Virus record (IMG/VR): IMGVR_UViG_3300025108_004750
DNA from: an uncultured virus (IMG/VR IMGVR_UViG_3300025108_004750)
Lineage: Duplodnaviria; Heunggongvirae; Uroviricota; Caudoviricetes
Strand: one strand, 5' to 3'
Length of the DNA: 64,000 nt
The position numbers and the translations under genes are program-made. The stretch's first letter is position 1. Every line of letters starts with the position of its first letter. The notes under the pieces were generated by a model, which ran no database searches, was not told the origin of the DNA, and saw nothing but the letters and a program-made list of their open reading frames with translations. Shown here one piece after another: positions 1-8,901 of this stretch.

Positions 1-1
1 T

Positions 2-421
2 GCTGATCATTTTATTGGATGTGATAGTTTAGGACAACATATGGCAAAAGCATTAGGTACTACGTGTACTAGTGTTATTGGTAGTACATATCCTATTAAT
101 ATTTCTTATCCAAATTCACCAGACTTTGATATTATTGATTTAGGCGAAGGCAAGCGTAAGTTTAGTCCTATTAGACTTACAATGGAAGATTCAATTGAAC
201 GATTTAACGATGAAGTTATGGAGTTAAACGATGAAAGTTTTAAAAAAATTATTACAAGTGCTCGCAAGCGTTTGGGGAAACCGAGAAGTTACACAGGAAA
301 CTACAAACCGCAAGAAACACAAGCAGAAAACGTATGCCCAACTCATGGAGTAGTACATGCAGATGGGGCATCACATGGTAATAAACAACAAGCAAAAATC
401 TTAGGTCATACAGGTCAGTAA
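2..421 (+). CDS. GT9 (heptosyltransferase-like) glycosyltransferase, 5'-truncated by window edge
   Basis: Frame is open upstream of ATG41 (ADHFIGCDSLGQHMAKALG), matching the GT9 'FIGxDSGxxHxAxALG' motif; C-terminal CPTHGVVH tail. Confidence 0.65.
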   Translation, partial: ADHFIGCDSLGQHMAKALGTTCTSVIGSTYPINISYPNSPDFDIIDLGEGKRKFSPIRLTMEDSIERFNDEVMELNDESFKKIITSARKRLGKPRSYTGNYKPQETQAENVCPTHGVVHADGASHGNKQQAKILGHTGQ

Positions 422-422
422 A

Positions 423-1022
423 ATGGGAGGTCCGTCACAATCACCAGATCAGTTTCTAGGAGGCATTTCAACAATGTTTGATCCTAATTCAGAAAGGTTA
501 CAAGCACTTGATACATGGGTAGTAGATGATTTATACTATGCGGGTTATAAAAAGTTTTTAAAGTTGTTTGATAATTCTAACGATCGACATGTTGACTATG
601 GTAACGGAACTTTATATTATAAACAAGATATGCAGTATCCTACAGACATTGATCCTAGAGAAGAGTACTTAATGTTTATTAAGTTTCAGCTACAAGATTT
701 GCCTATCCGTATTAAAGATTTTAAAAAAGCATGGGGCGTAAAATATCCACCAGGTGCATACAGCGGATTACATTCACATCAACCTGGAAAACAACTAACA
801 AGTGTGTTATTTTTAGACACACCAAAACCAAGTGTAGAATATCCTTTAGCAGGTTGTTTAACTACACTACAGCCAACAAACAGTGAAATCACTTACTTAA
901 CACATAAGCCTATTGAAGGCAAAATGGTAATCTTAGATGGTAAAGTATGGCACGGATCTTATCCTACACTAGAAGATAGACACGTATTTGTTGTAGACTT
1001 TGAATATGAAGGTGTAATATAG
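423..1022 (+). CDS. 2OG-Fe(II) oxygenase-like (DSBH) protein
   Basis: HSH...WHG metal motif and terminal RxVFVVDF strand; paralogue of next gene. Confidence 0.6.
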   Translation: MGGPSQSPDQFLGGISTMFDPNSERLQALDTWVVDDLYYAGYKKFLKLFDNSNDRHVDYGNGTLYYKQDMQYPTDIDPREEYLMFIKFQLQDLPIRIKDFKKAWGVKYPPGAYSGLHSHQPGKQLTSVLFLDTPKPSVEYPLAGCLTTLQPTNSEITYLTHKPIEGKMVILDGKVWHGSYPTLEDRHVFVVDFEYEGVI

Positions 1023-1627
1023 TGGATATAGAAACTTTAGATACTGCATATCAAGGTGACAAAGACTTTTTTTGGTTATGTTATAACGGACGTATACCTG
1101 ACTATTGGATTAGTAAAGACAAATATACAGACTATAGTAAATTTTTAGAACTATTTGATAATCCACCAAAGTCACATATAGATTATGGCGGCGCAGTAAT
1201 ACAATATAAAGACGACGACTTCGCATATCCTTATAATGTAGATCAACAAGGTGTATATTTAGAATGGATTAAAAAGTCTATAGAAAAGTTTCAGTTTAAA
1301 AATATAAAATTTAAAAAGTGTTGGTGGTTAACATACCCAGAGAATACTTTTTCAGGATTACATACACATGAAGATAGAGGACAACGCACAATGACATGTG
1401 TTATGTTCTTAAACACAATATCAATAAGCACAGAAACACCACTAAATGGTAAATTAAAAGCAATTACCGTAAATCCTGTAACAGGTGAATTAGTAAGTGA
1501 TATGATAAAATGCATAGCAGGAGATGTAGTGGTTATGGATGGTAAAGTTTACCATGGCGTATATCCTACATTAGAAGAAAGAAAGGTATTTGTAGTTGAC
1601 TTTACATATGATGTAGAAATTGACTAA
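1022..1627 (+). CDS. 2OG-Fe(II) oxygenase-like (DSBH) protein, tandem paralogue
   Basis: GTG start; HTH...YHG, RKVFVVDF; shares Y-x-KFL-x-LFDN and H-x-DYG with previous ORF. Confidence 0.6.
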   Translation: MDIETLDTAYQGDKDFFWLCYNGRIPDYWISKDKYTDYSKFLELFDNPPKSHIDYGGAVIQYKDDDFAYPYNVDQQGVYLEWIKKSIEKFQFKNIKFKKCWWLTYPENTFSGLHTHEDRGQRTMTCVMFLNTISISTETPLNGKLKAITVNPVTGELVSDMIKCIAGDVVVMDGKVYHGVYPTLEERKVFVVDFTYDVEID

Positions 1628-1706
1628 TGATAAGGTTCAGTTCTTGTCAGCAATCACCAAGATTGCAAATACATACAGTATATAAAGAAACATAAAAGGA
1701 AACAAT

Positions 1707-3536
1707 ATGACACAGTGGATTGGAGCAATCACAAGAGGACATAACGGCGGCGCCGTATTATTAAAAGATGGTGAAATTGTATTTTCAATCGAAGAAGAAC
1801 GTCTAACTCGTAAAAAATACGACGGTGGACCACTTGCCGCAATGATTAAATTTCTTGATTATACAGATAAATTAGATTATCTTGTAGTAGCACATACACA
1901 ACCATTAGCAGAATCAAGTAGGATTGACTTTAGTGGTGGTGATATGTATACAGGATTAGCAAGGAAACTAGGACTAATTGATAGAAACGATAATGCTTAC
2001 ACAGCAGATGGCCAACATAATCATAGGCAAGTAATTGACCTAAGTCACATACATCATAAACTACATGCGGCCTGTGCATTTTATCGTTCAGGATTTGAAT
2101 CAGCAGTAAGTGTTATTGTTGATGGAGCAGGTACATTTATACCAATGAACATTAACATGGGAGTGTTTAACGAAGAATACATGTCATGGGAATGTGAAAG
2201 TATCTTTAATTGTGCATATCCTGATAACTTTAAAACTTTATATAAGCATCAAGGCGGTAACGGGCCTTTTCCAGGAACACGTATTCCGTATATTCCATCA
2301 GACCGCGAAGGTGAAGAAGGATTTCATGAACTTGTACTAGATGACAGTGCAGGTATTGTTAAAGCATACGAAGCAGTAACACAATATTGTGGATTCCAAC
2401 CTATTGAAGCAGGTAAAACTATGGGACTTGCGCCATATGGTAAGAAAAACTTAAATATTCCTCCAATTTATTCTGATGGTAATGGTGGCAAATGGCGAAC
2501 AAGTGATAGAAACGTTGTTATTCCAACATATCCAAATGCGGCTTTAATAAATGAAGCAAAATATGACTATTTAGAAACAGCACAAGATACAATTGATAAT
2601 AAAACTGACTTAACTACCCAAGAAAACCGTAGAGACTTAGCATATGCAGTACAAGAAGGATCACAACAAGAAGTATTGAACCTTATTTTTAAAGCAGTTG
2701 AAATGTCTGGCAATAAAAATGTAGTACTAAGTGGAGGCTATGCACTTAACTGTGTTGCAAACTACTGGTACCTTGATAAGTTGAATAAAGAAGGTATTAA
2801 GTTATATGTTGAACCTGTTAGTAACGATGCAGGCACAGCAATGGGTGCGGCTATGTTAGTATATCATCAAACTACTAAAGACAAAACTGTAAGACATTAT
2901 GCAGAAACAATCTACGAAGGTTTTGAATACACGTATACTAATGATCAAATTGAAGACACTGCAAACAAGTATGGTGCTTCGGTTATAGATGCAGATAATA
3001 AAAAAATTATCGAATTGATCAGAAGTAAAAATATTGTTACATTATTTCAAGGCAAAAGCGAAAACGGGCCACGTGCATTAGGAAATAGAAGCATACTTTT
3101 TGATCCAACACACGAAGATGGTAAGGATTATGTAAACAAAGTAAAGCGTAGAGAGTATTTTAGACCCTTTGCGGGAAGTATTCTTTTAGAACATGCACAC
3201 GAATGGTTTGATATGCGTGGATTAGAGCAAACACCGCATATGATGTATGCTATGGATTGTCAAGAAGGCATTGCAGAAAAGATTCCAAGCATCATTCATG
3301 TTGATGGTACTTGTAGAATTCAAACTGTGACCAAAGAACAAAACAAACACTACTATGAGCTTATTGAAGAGTTTCATAAACAAACAGGTGTTCCAATTAT
3401 TTTTAATACTAGTTTTAATTTAGGTGGTGAACCTTTAGTTGAAACATTAGATGATGCTGTACGTACACTATACAATAGTGAAATGGAGTATTGTTATCTA
3501 CCTGAGTATGGCAAACTAATTGAAATGAAAAACTAA
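1707..3536 (+). CDS. O-carbamoyltransferase (NodU/CmcH/TobZ family)
   Basis: EEERLTRKKY, HHKLHAACAFY, GKTMGLAPYG, SGGYALNC, GPRALGNRSIL, KRREYFRPFA, HVDGTCRIQTV, NTSFNLGGEPLV. Confidence 0.95.
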   Translation: MTQWIGAITRGHNGGAVLLKDGEIVFSIEEERLTRKKYDGGPLAAMIKFLDYTDKLDYLVVAHTQPLAESSRIDFSGGDMYTGLARKLGLIDRNDNAYTADGQHNHRQVIDLSHIHHKLHAACAFYRSGFESAVSVIVDGAGTFIPMNINMGVFNEEYMSWECESIFNCAYPDNFKTLYKHQGGNGPFPGTRIPYIPSDREGEEGFHELVLDDSAGIVKAYEAVTQYCGFQPIEAGKTMGLAPYGKKNLNIPPIYSDGNGGKWRTSDRNVVIPTYPNAALINEAKYDYLETAQDTIDNKTDLTTQENRRDLAYAVQEGSQQEVLNLIFKAVEMSGNKNVVLSGGYALNCVANYWYLDKLNKEGIKLYVEPVSNDAGTAMGAAMLVYHQTTKDKTVRHYAETIYEGFEYTYTNDQIEDTANKYGASVIDADNKKIIELIRSKNIVTLFQGKSENGPRALGNRSILFDPTHEDGKDYVNKVKRREYFRPFAGSILLEHAHEWFDMRGLEQTPHMMYAMDCQEGIAEKIPSIIHVDGTCRIQTVTKEQNKHYYELIEEFHKQTGVPIIFNTSFNLGGEPLVETLDDAVRTLYNSEMEYCYLPEYGKLIEMKN

Positions 3537-4135
3537 TGCTGGTAAACTTATATTCCATTCCAGTATATAAGATAAAATTACCGGAGCATGAACAAGTACA
3601 ACAAGACTTTGCTGATATACTTGATAAGGATGAGTATTTTAGCAAAGTACCTTCTTGGTACAGTCCTGTAGATACTACATATGGTAACCCTGATGCTTCG
3701 AACTTACCATTTAAGACGTTTATTAGATCAGCAATTACTGGACTAAACGAATATCTTGAAAACTTTAGTATAGACTTAAAATTAGATTATAGAATTGAGT
3801 GTTGGCTTAACAAATACAAACCTGGCTCATATCAAGAAGTACATAACCATGTAGGAGTTGCACAAATTAGTTGTGCTTACATGATGAACACACCAAAAGA
3901 TAGTGGCAACTTTGTATTCTATAACAAGGGCTATGACTTTTTACATCAATCAGGTCTTCCTGCATTGTCAACACAACCATTTAGATACAATAATAGAGTA
4001 ACACCTCCGTTAGAAGAAGGCGATATTGTATTTTTTCCTAGTAACTTAGAACATTACGTATCTAATAATACTAGCGACCAAATAAGGTCAACAATTAGTG
4101 CTAATTTTGTACTATCGGAGAAACAAGATGATTAA
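3536..4135 (+). CDS. putative 2OG-Fe(II) oxygenase (TIGR02466-like)
   Basis: WLNKY..QEVHNH..ISCAY; EGDIVFFPSNLEHYV..R.TISAN. Confidence 0.8.
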   Translation: MLVNLYSIPVYKIKLPEHEQVQQDFADILDKDEYFSKVPSWYSPVDTTYGNPDASNLPFKTFIRSAITGLNEYLENFSIDLKLDYRIECWLNKYKPGSYQEVHNHVGVAQISCAYMMNTPKDSGNFVFYNKGYDFLHQSGLPALSTQPFRYNNRVTPPLEEGDIVFFPSNLEHYVSNNTSDQIRSTISANFVLSEKQDD

Positions 4136-4847
4136 AAACACAATTAATGAAGAAGAAACATTTGCTGTTAATGAAAACTACGACACAAGATTACATAAGT
4201 TTGGAAAAGCAGGTGTACATGTATTAGTAGTTGATAACTTTTATAAAAATCCGCACTTAGTAAGACAACTTGCTTTAGATATTCCAGCATCTGTTAATAG
4301 ACGTATTAGAGGCGGAAACCCTGCACTAAGAATTAATGCATTTTACGAGTTATCAAGTCTAGCTCAACCATATCATCACTTAGCATCAGAGTTTTTTCCG
4401 GAGATAATGTATCAATACGAACCAGGATACATGGATAGAAGCTTTATGAATGCAACATTTATGATTAATGTTATGCAATCAGAAGGACTACCCCCACTTG
4501 CACCACATCAAGATAATCGATCAGGTATTAATCTTGCTAGTACAATTTATCTAAACAATGAAAACGAATCTGCTGGCGGCACAAGTTTTTACGAGTTTGG
4601 TGGCAAACACTTTTATACTGAAAGTGTAGTAGACAATGACTTTAATGTCACTATGGATGTAGAAGGTAAGATTCCAGTAACACAATACATTACTGATAGT
4701 TCACATGACTGGGAAATGATTGGAATGATACCAATGCAGTTTAATAGAATGGTATTATACAATCAAGCAGTATTACATACTGCATATGTTAAGCCGGGTA
4801 TGTTTGTAGATGATAACTACAGAATGAATCAGCAGTTTTTTATATAG
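4128..4847 (+). CDS. 2OG-Fe(II) oxygenase-like (DUF6445-like)
   Basis: VVDNFYKNP, PHQD, IYLN..GGTSFY, FNRMVLY..LH, R.NQQFF; GGAG SD before ATG4128. Confidence 0.7.
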   Translation: MIKNTINEEETFAVNENYDTRLHKFGKAGVHVLVVDNFYKNPHLVRQLALDIPASVNRRIRGGNPALRINAFYELSSLAQPYHHLASEFFPEIMYQYEPGYMDRSFMNATFMINVMQSEGLPPLAPHQDNRSGINLASTIYLNNENESAGGTSFYEFGGKHFYTESVVDNDFNVTMDVEGKIPVTQYITDSSHDWEMIGMIPMQFNRMVLYNQAVLHTAYVKPGMFVDDNYRMNQQFFI

Positions 4848-4856
4848 GAGAATAGT

Positions 4857-5438
4857 ATGGATGATAATTTTGATGGAGTAGAAGTATACGATAACATCTT
4901 TCCTATTGATTGGTGTAAGCAAGTAATCAAAAGATTCGAAGAATTATCTTCAATGCAGATGACTGCAATACAACAGCAAGGTGTTGATAGGAATCAAGAC
5001 GAACGTATATACATGGATTGGGCAAATCACAACAGTCATTATCATGCAGACGAAGATTTATGTAAATTTTTCTTTGAAACACTAAACAAAACATATTTAG
5101 AAAAGTATAAAAAGAAATATGAGAGCTTAGGATTGCTATTTCAACATACAGCAAAAGGTATGAGCGTTCAAAAAACAAAACCACACCAAGGATACCATGC
5201 ATGGCATTGCGAAAATGCTGATGTAGCAACAAGCACACGGGTATTAGCATACACAATATATCTAAATGGTGTTGAAGAAGGCGGTGAAACAGAATTTCTT
5301 TACCAAGGACATAAAATTAAACCTGTTCCAGGTAGACTAGCTATCTTTCCTACATCGTTTACACATCCACATCGAGGCAATCCTATCTACAAAGGCGTTA
5401 AGTACATTATAAGCGGATGGTATACATTAGATCACTAG
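4857..5438 (+). CDS. prolyl-4-hydroxylase-like 2OG-Fe(II) oxygenase
   Basis: YHAWHCE, IYLNGVEEGGETEF, FTHPHRGNP, KYIISGW. Confidence 0.88.
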   Translation: MDDNFDGVEVYDNIFPIDWCKQVIKRFEELSSMQMTAIQQQGVDRNQDERIYMDWANHNSHYHADEDLCKFFFETLNKTYLEKYKKKYESLGLLFQHTAKGMSVQKTKPHQGYHAWHCENADVATSTRVLAYTIYLNGVEEGGETEFLYQGHKIKPVPGRLAIFPTSFTHPHRGNPIYKGVKYIISGWYTLDH

Positions 5439-5445
5439 GAACAAA

Positions 5446-6903
5446 ATGAAAATAGCAGTAGTAGGTGGCGGCACAGCAGGCTTTGTGTCAGCGTTAATAT
5501 TAAAAACAAGTTTTCCAAACTTTGAAATTGATGTAATTCGATCTACTAAGATTGGAACTATTGGTGTAGGTGAAGGTTCAACAGAACATTGGTCTGCCTT
5601 TATGGATTTTGTTGGTATTCAAACAGGCGAACTTATTAATGAATGTGATGCTAGTTTTAAATCTGGTATTATGTTTGAAGACTGGAGTGAGAAACCATAC
5701 TTACAAAGTGTTCATGAGCCATATGTTGCTGAACAACTAGGCGCACCAATTGCATATGCTAAATTGATTGGTGAAAAGGTAGATGCTAGAGAGTTAACAG
5801 GTGAATACCTTTGGAATAATGCAACACCATTTAATAAATTTATGGACGAGCGTCCTAATGATACCGGAGTAGCACAATATCATTTTAATACTGCAAAGTT
5901 AAATGACTTTTTAACTAAGTTTTCATTAGATAAAGGCATTAATGTTATTGATGACGAGATTACTAGTGTAAATGTTAGTGAATGGAACAAAGTAGAAACA
6001 ATACAAGGCGAAAAAGAATTATATAAGTATGATTTTTATATTGACTGCACAGGCTTTGCTAGGTTATTAATTGATGCAGTTGGTGCTGAGTGGCAAAGTT
6101 ATAGTAAGTATCTTAAAATGAAAGAAGCTATTGTATTTCCTACACCAGAAGGAGATGAAATCCCAATATGGACACTTGCAAAAGCAATGGATGCTGGTTG
6201 GATGTTTCGTATACCTGTTCAAGGACGTACAGGTAATGGTTATATATTTGATAGTGACTTTATTACAGCCGAACAAGCACAAACCGAAGTTGAAAAATAT
6301 TTAGGACACGGTGTTGAAGTAGCAAAACATATTAAATTTGATCCAGGCACACTTGACAAAGCATGGATAGGTAACGTATGTGCTATTGGTCTGAGTCAAA
6401 GTTTTGTAGAACCATTAGAAGCAAGTAGTATTGGTAGTAGCATTAATCAAACATTTTTATTAGCACAACGTCTTATAAATCATAATCAAGAAACAATTAA
6501 TAGGTACAATCTCGAAGTTAATGCTATTATGGATAACATTAGAGACTTTATTGTGTTACATTATATTACTGAAAGAAGAGATACACCGTTTTGGAAAGCA
6601 GTATCAGAAACACCTATACCAGATAGTTTAGATAAAAATTTACGTATGTGGAAAGTTAGAATGCCAATTGCTGACGATATGACTACACATACTAAAAAAG
6701 TTTTGTTTAATGAATACAACTATGCATTAGTAATGCATGGCTTAGGATTATTTGATAACGAAAGTATATTAAAACAATATGAAACAGTTCCGCAAGGTGC
6801 AAAGGATCATGTTGAACAAGCAATACAACACAAATTAGAATTTGATAAAACAAAAACTATTCCGCACAAATTAATGCTTCAATTGTTGCGGAGACTAACA
6901 TGA
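5446..6903 (+). CDS. flavin-dependent halogenase (tryptophan halogenase/PrnA family)
   Basis: GGGTAG FAD motif, IGVGEGS, catalytic Lys in ASFKSGI, FYIDCTGF, GWMFRIP, FVEPLEASS. Confidence 0.9.
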   Translation: MKIAVVGGGTAGFVSALILKTSFPNFEIDVIRSTKIGTIGVGEGSTEHWSAFMDFVGIQTGELINECDASFKSGIMFEDWSEKPYLQSVHEPYVAEQLGAPIAYAKLIGEKVDARELTGEYLWNNATPFNKFMDERPNDTGVAQYHFNTAKLNDFLTKFSLDKGINVIDDEITSVNVSEWNKVETIQGEKELYKYDFYIDCTGFARLLIDAVGAEWQSYSKYLKMKEAIVFPTPEGDEIPIWTLAKAMDAGWMFRIPVQGRTGNGYIFDSDFITAEQAQTEVEKYLGHGVEVAKHIKFDPGTLDKAWIGNVCAIGLSQSFVEPLEASSIGSSINQTFLLAQRLINHNQETINRYNLEVNAIMDNIRDFIVLHYITERRDTPFWKAVSETPIPDSLDKNLRMWKVRMPIADDMTTHTKKVLFNEYNYALVMHGLGLFDNESILKQYETVPQGAKDHVEQAIQHKLEFDKTKTIPHKLMLQLLRRLT

Positions 6904-7766
6904 GAATATTTGCCTTTGGTTGTAGTTTAACACAATATTTTTATCCTACATGGGCTGACATCCTAATACATCATTATAAACAAGAAGGCGCCACTATTGG
7001 AGAGAACTGGGGACGTAGTGGTGCAGGTAATCAATATATTTCAACTCGGTTATGGGAAGCACATACTGAACATAAGTTTAATAAAGATGATATTATCTTA
7101 TTGCAATGGTCTAGTTTTTTTAGAGAAGATAGATTTCATATGGGCAAAGGCTGGCACACTCCAGGCAACTTTAGTAAAGCAACAGTAGGGCAGGACATTC
7201 CTTTTGTACTTAATAGTTGGCGTTACGAGTCTATGTGGCAATGGGCTGACATGGCGTGGGCTACAATGCGTGATTGTGCGTTGATAAGCAGTACACATAA
7301 AGCATTAGAAAGTCTAGGATGCAAAGTTATATCAACAGGATTTAGGGAACCTACTGAAGGTTGGGACGAACTTAGTAAAGAATTTAATACTAAAAATAAG
7401 TATTTAGAATTAGAAGATGTAAGAGCTATATTAGAAAAATATAAAGATGATATTAAAACTACATGTCCTCCAATACTTAATGCACTAGGCTTTGGAGTTG
7501 ACGACGAGTTTTTTGAAACAAGACCAACTAGTATACCTGATCCAAATCCAGAACTACTACACTTACATCAGCCCGAAGTACACCCACTTACACACGAAGC
7601 GGCGGACTTTGTACAAGAGCAGATATGCAAATTAAATAACGAAACTTTAGACTTTGTTAACAAATGGAAGCAAACACTAACAGCTGAAGATTCAATAAAA
7701 CTTTACGAATTAGACTGGTTTAACTCTGAAATACACGGCTGGTCAGATGATAGATGGAGACCTTAA
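6900..7766 (+). CDS. hypothetical protein, SGNH-hydrolase/acyltransferase-like
   Basis: FAFGCS N-terminus, N.G.SGAGN, QWS..R.D, C-terminal HP. Confidence 0.5.
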   Translation: MRIFAFGCSLTQYFYPTWADILIHHYKQEGATIGENWGRSGAGNQYISTRLWEAHTEHKFNKDDIILLQWSSFFREDRFHMGKGWHTPGNFSKATVGQDIPFVLNSWRYESMWQWADMAWATMRDCALISSTHKALESLGCKVISTGFREPTEGWDELSKEFNTKNKYLELEDVRAILEKYKDDIKTTCPPILNALGFGVDDEFFETRPTSIPDPNPELLHLHQPEVHPLTHEAADFVQEQICKLNNETLDFVNKWKQTLTAEDSIKLYELDWFNSEIHGWSDDRWRP

Positions 7767-7767
7767 A

Positions 7768-8331
7768 ATGAGTACACCTGTGATAGGACTAGACAGAGAC
7801 GGAACAATAAATGTAGACATAGGCACATATGTAACAAAGCCTGAGCAGTTTACACCTATTGAAGGTAGTTTAGAAGCAGTTAAAATGATACGCAACAAAG
7901 GTTACGATGTAGTTATTTTAACTAATCAAGCAGGCATAACAAAGGGTATAATGGATCCTGTAGATGTTGATATTGTTAACAACTATATGTTAGAATTACT
8001 TTGGAATGTAGGTTGTAGGAGTATTAACGGATTGTATTACAGCACATCTAATCTAAAAGATGATGTGTATGCTAAACCTAATACAGGTATGTTTAAGCGT
8101 GCCTCAGCAGAAATTGGGGTTGATTGGAAGAATGGTGTATACGTAGGTGACAAAATTAGTGATTTAAAAGCCGCTGTAAAGGCTAAAGCAAAGCCTATAT
8201 TAGTACGCACAGGCCATGGTGCTGAAACAATTAAGAAGTTAAATACATTTGCTAACAAAGACCTTAAAAAACAAACAGAAACATTTGATAACCTAAATCA
8301 ATTTGCTCATAGCCTAGTAGATTTAACATAA
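7768..8331 (+). CDS. gmhB: D,D-heptose-1,7-bisphosphate phosphatase (HAD IIIA)
   Basis: LDRDGTIN, TNQAGI, KPNTGM, VGDKISD, ILVRTGHG. Confidence 0.85.
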   Translation: MSTPVIGLDRDGTINVDIGTYVTKPEQFTPIEGSLEAVKMIRNKGYDVVILTNQAGITKGIMDPVDVDIVNNYMLELLWNVGCRSINGLYYSTSNLKDDVYAKPNTGMFKRASAEIGVDWKNGVYVGDKISDLKAAVKAKAKPILVRTGHGAETIKKLNTFANKDLKKQTETFDNLNQFAHSLVDLT

Positions 8332-8360
8332 ATTGTACTGTTACATATCTTTGTAAAACG

Positions 8361-8367
8361 ATAAATA
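8361..8367 (+). promoter_or_regulatory. T4-type late promoter (ATAAATA) heading the virion-protein operon
   Basis: CGATAAATA in the intergenic gap before ORF 8386. Confidence 0.7.
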
Positions 8368-8385
8368 CAATATGGAGCATGAACA

Positions 8386-8898
8386 ATGAATAAACTTCTG
8401 ACAAATCTTTTTAGTAAAGGTGCAAATAACACCATTCATCTGCCGAGCAGATCAAGTTTTAGTTACAGAGGTAGCTGGATTGGAGTCCAATATAATACTG
8501 TTGTAGACTCATTTCATTTAGGTGAATATAGCAGTGCAGTGTATCAAATTACAGTAGAGTTTGATTCAAATGAAAAAGAAATTATGCAACTTTCAGTAGT
8601 TGCTAGACCAGATAGAGCTGTTGCAACTATATTCGGACGTTCAAGTATTAACCAAGAATTAGTAAATTTATCTGTCACAGTTGATGCAAGTGAAGTAAAA
8701 ATTAATGCTAGTCCAACGTCAAATATTTACGCTGGTGCAAAGTTAATTTTTCATGCTACATATGCAAAAACTATTCATCAGCTTACTCCTCCTGCAATAG
8801 TCGCAGATGTATCCACTGTAGAGGAGTCTGGGGTAAATACTTTTGATGCAACAACTACGTATTTCGATAATACAAACATAACATTTGATAAGGTGTAA
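8386..8898 (+). CDS. hypothetical virion-associated protein
   Basis: Late promoter and GGAG SD; beta-rich; C-terminal TFDATTTYFD-type repeat. Confidence 0.55.
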   Translation: MNKLLTNLFSKGANNTIHLPSRSSFSYRGSWIGVQYNTVVDSFHLGEYSSAVYQITVEFDSNEKEIMQLSVVARPDRAVATIFGRSSINQELVNLSVTVDASEVKINASPTSNIYAGAKLIFHATYAKTIHQLTPPAIVADVSTVEESGVNTFDATTTYFDNTNITFDKV

Positions 8899-8901
8899 GG
8901 A

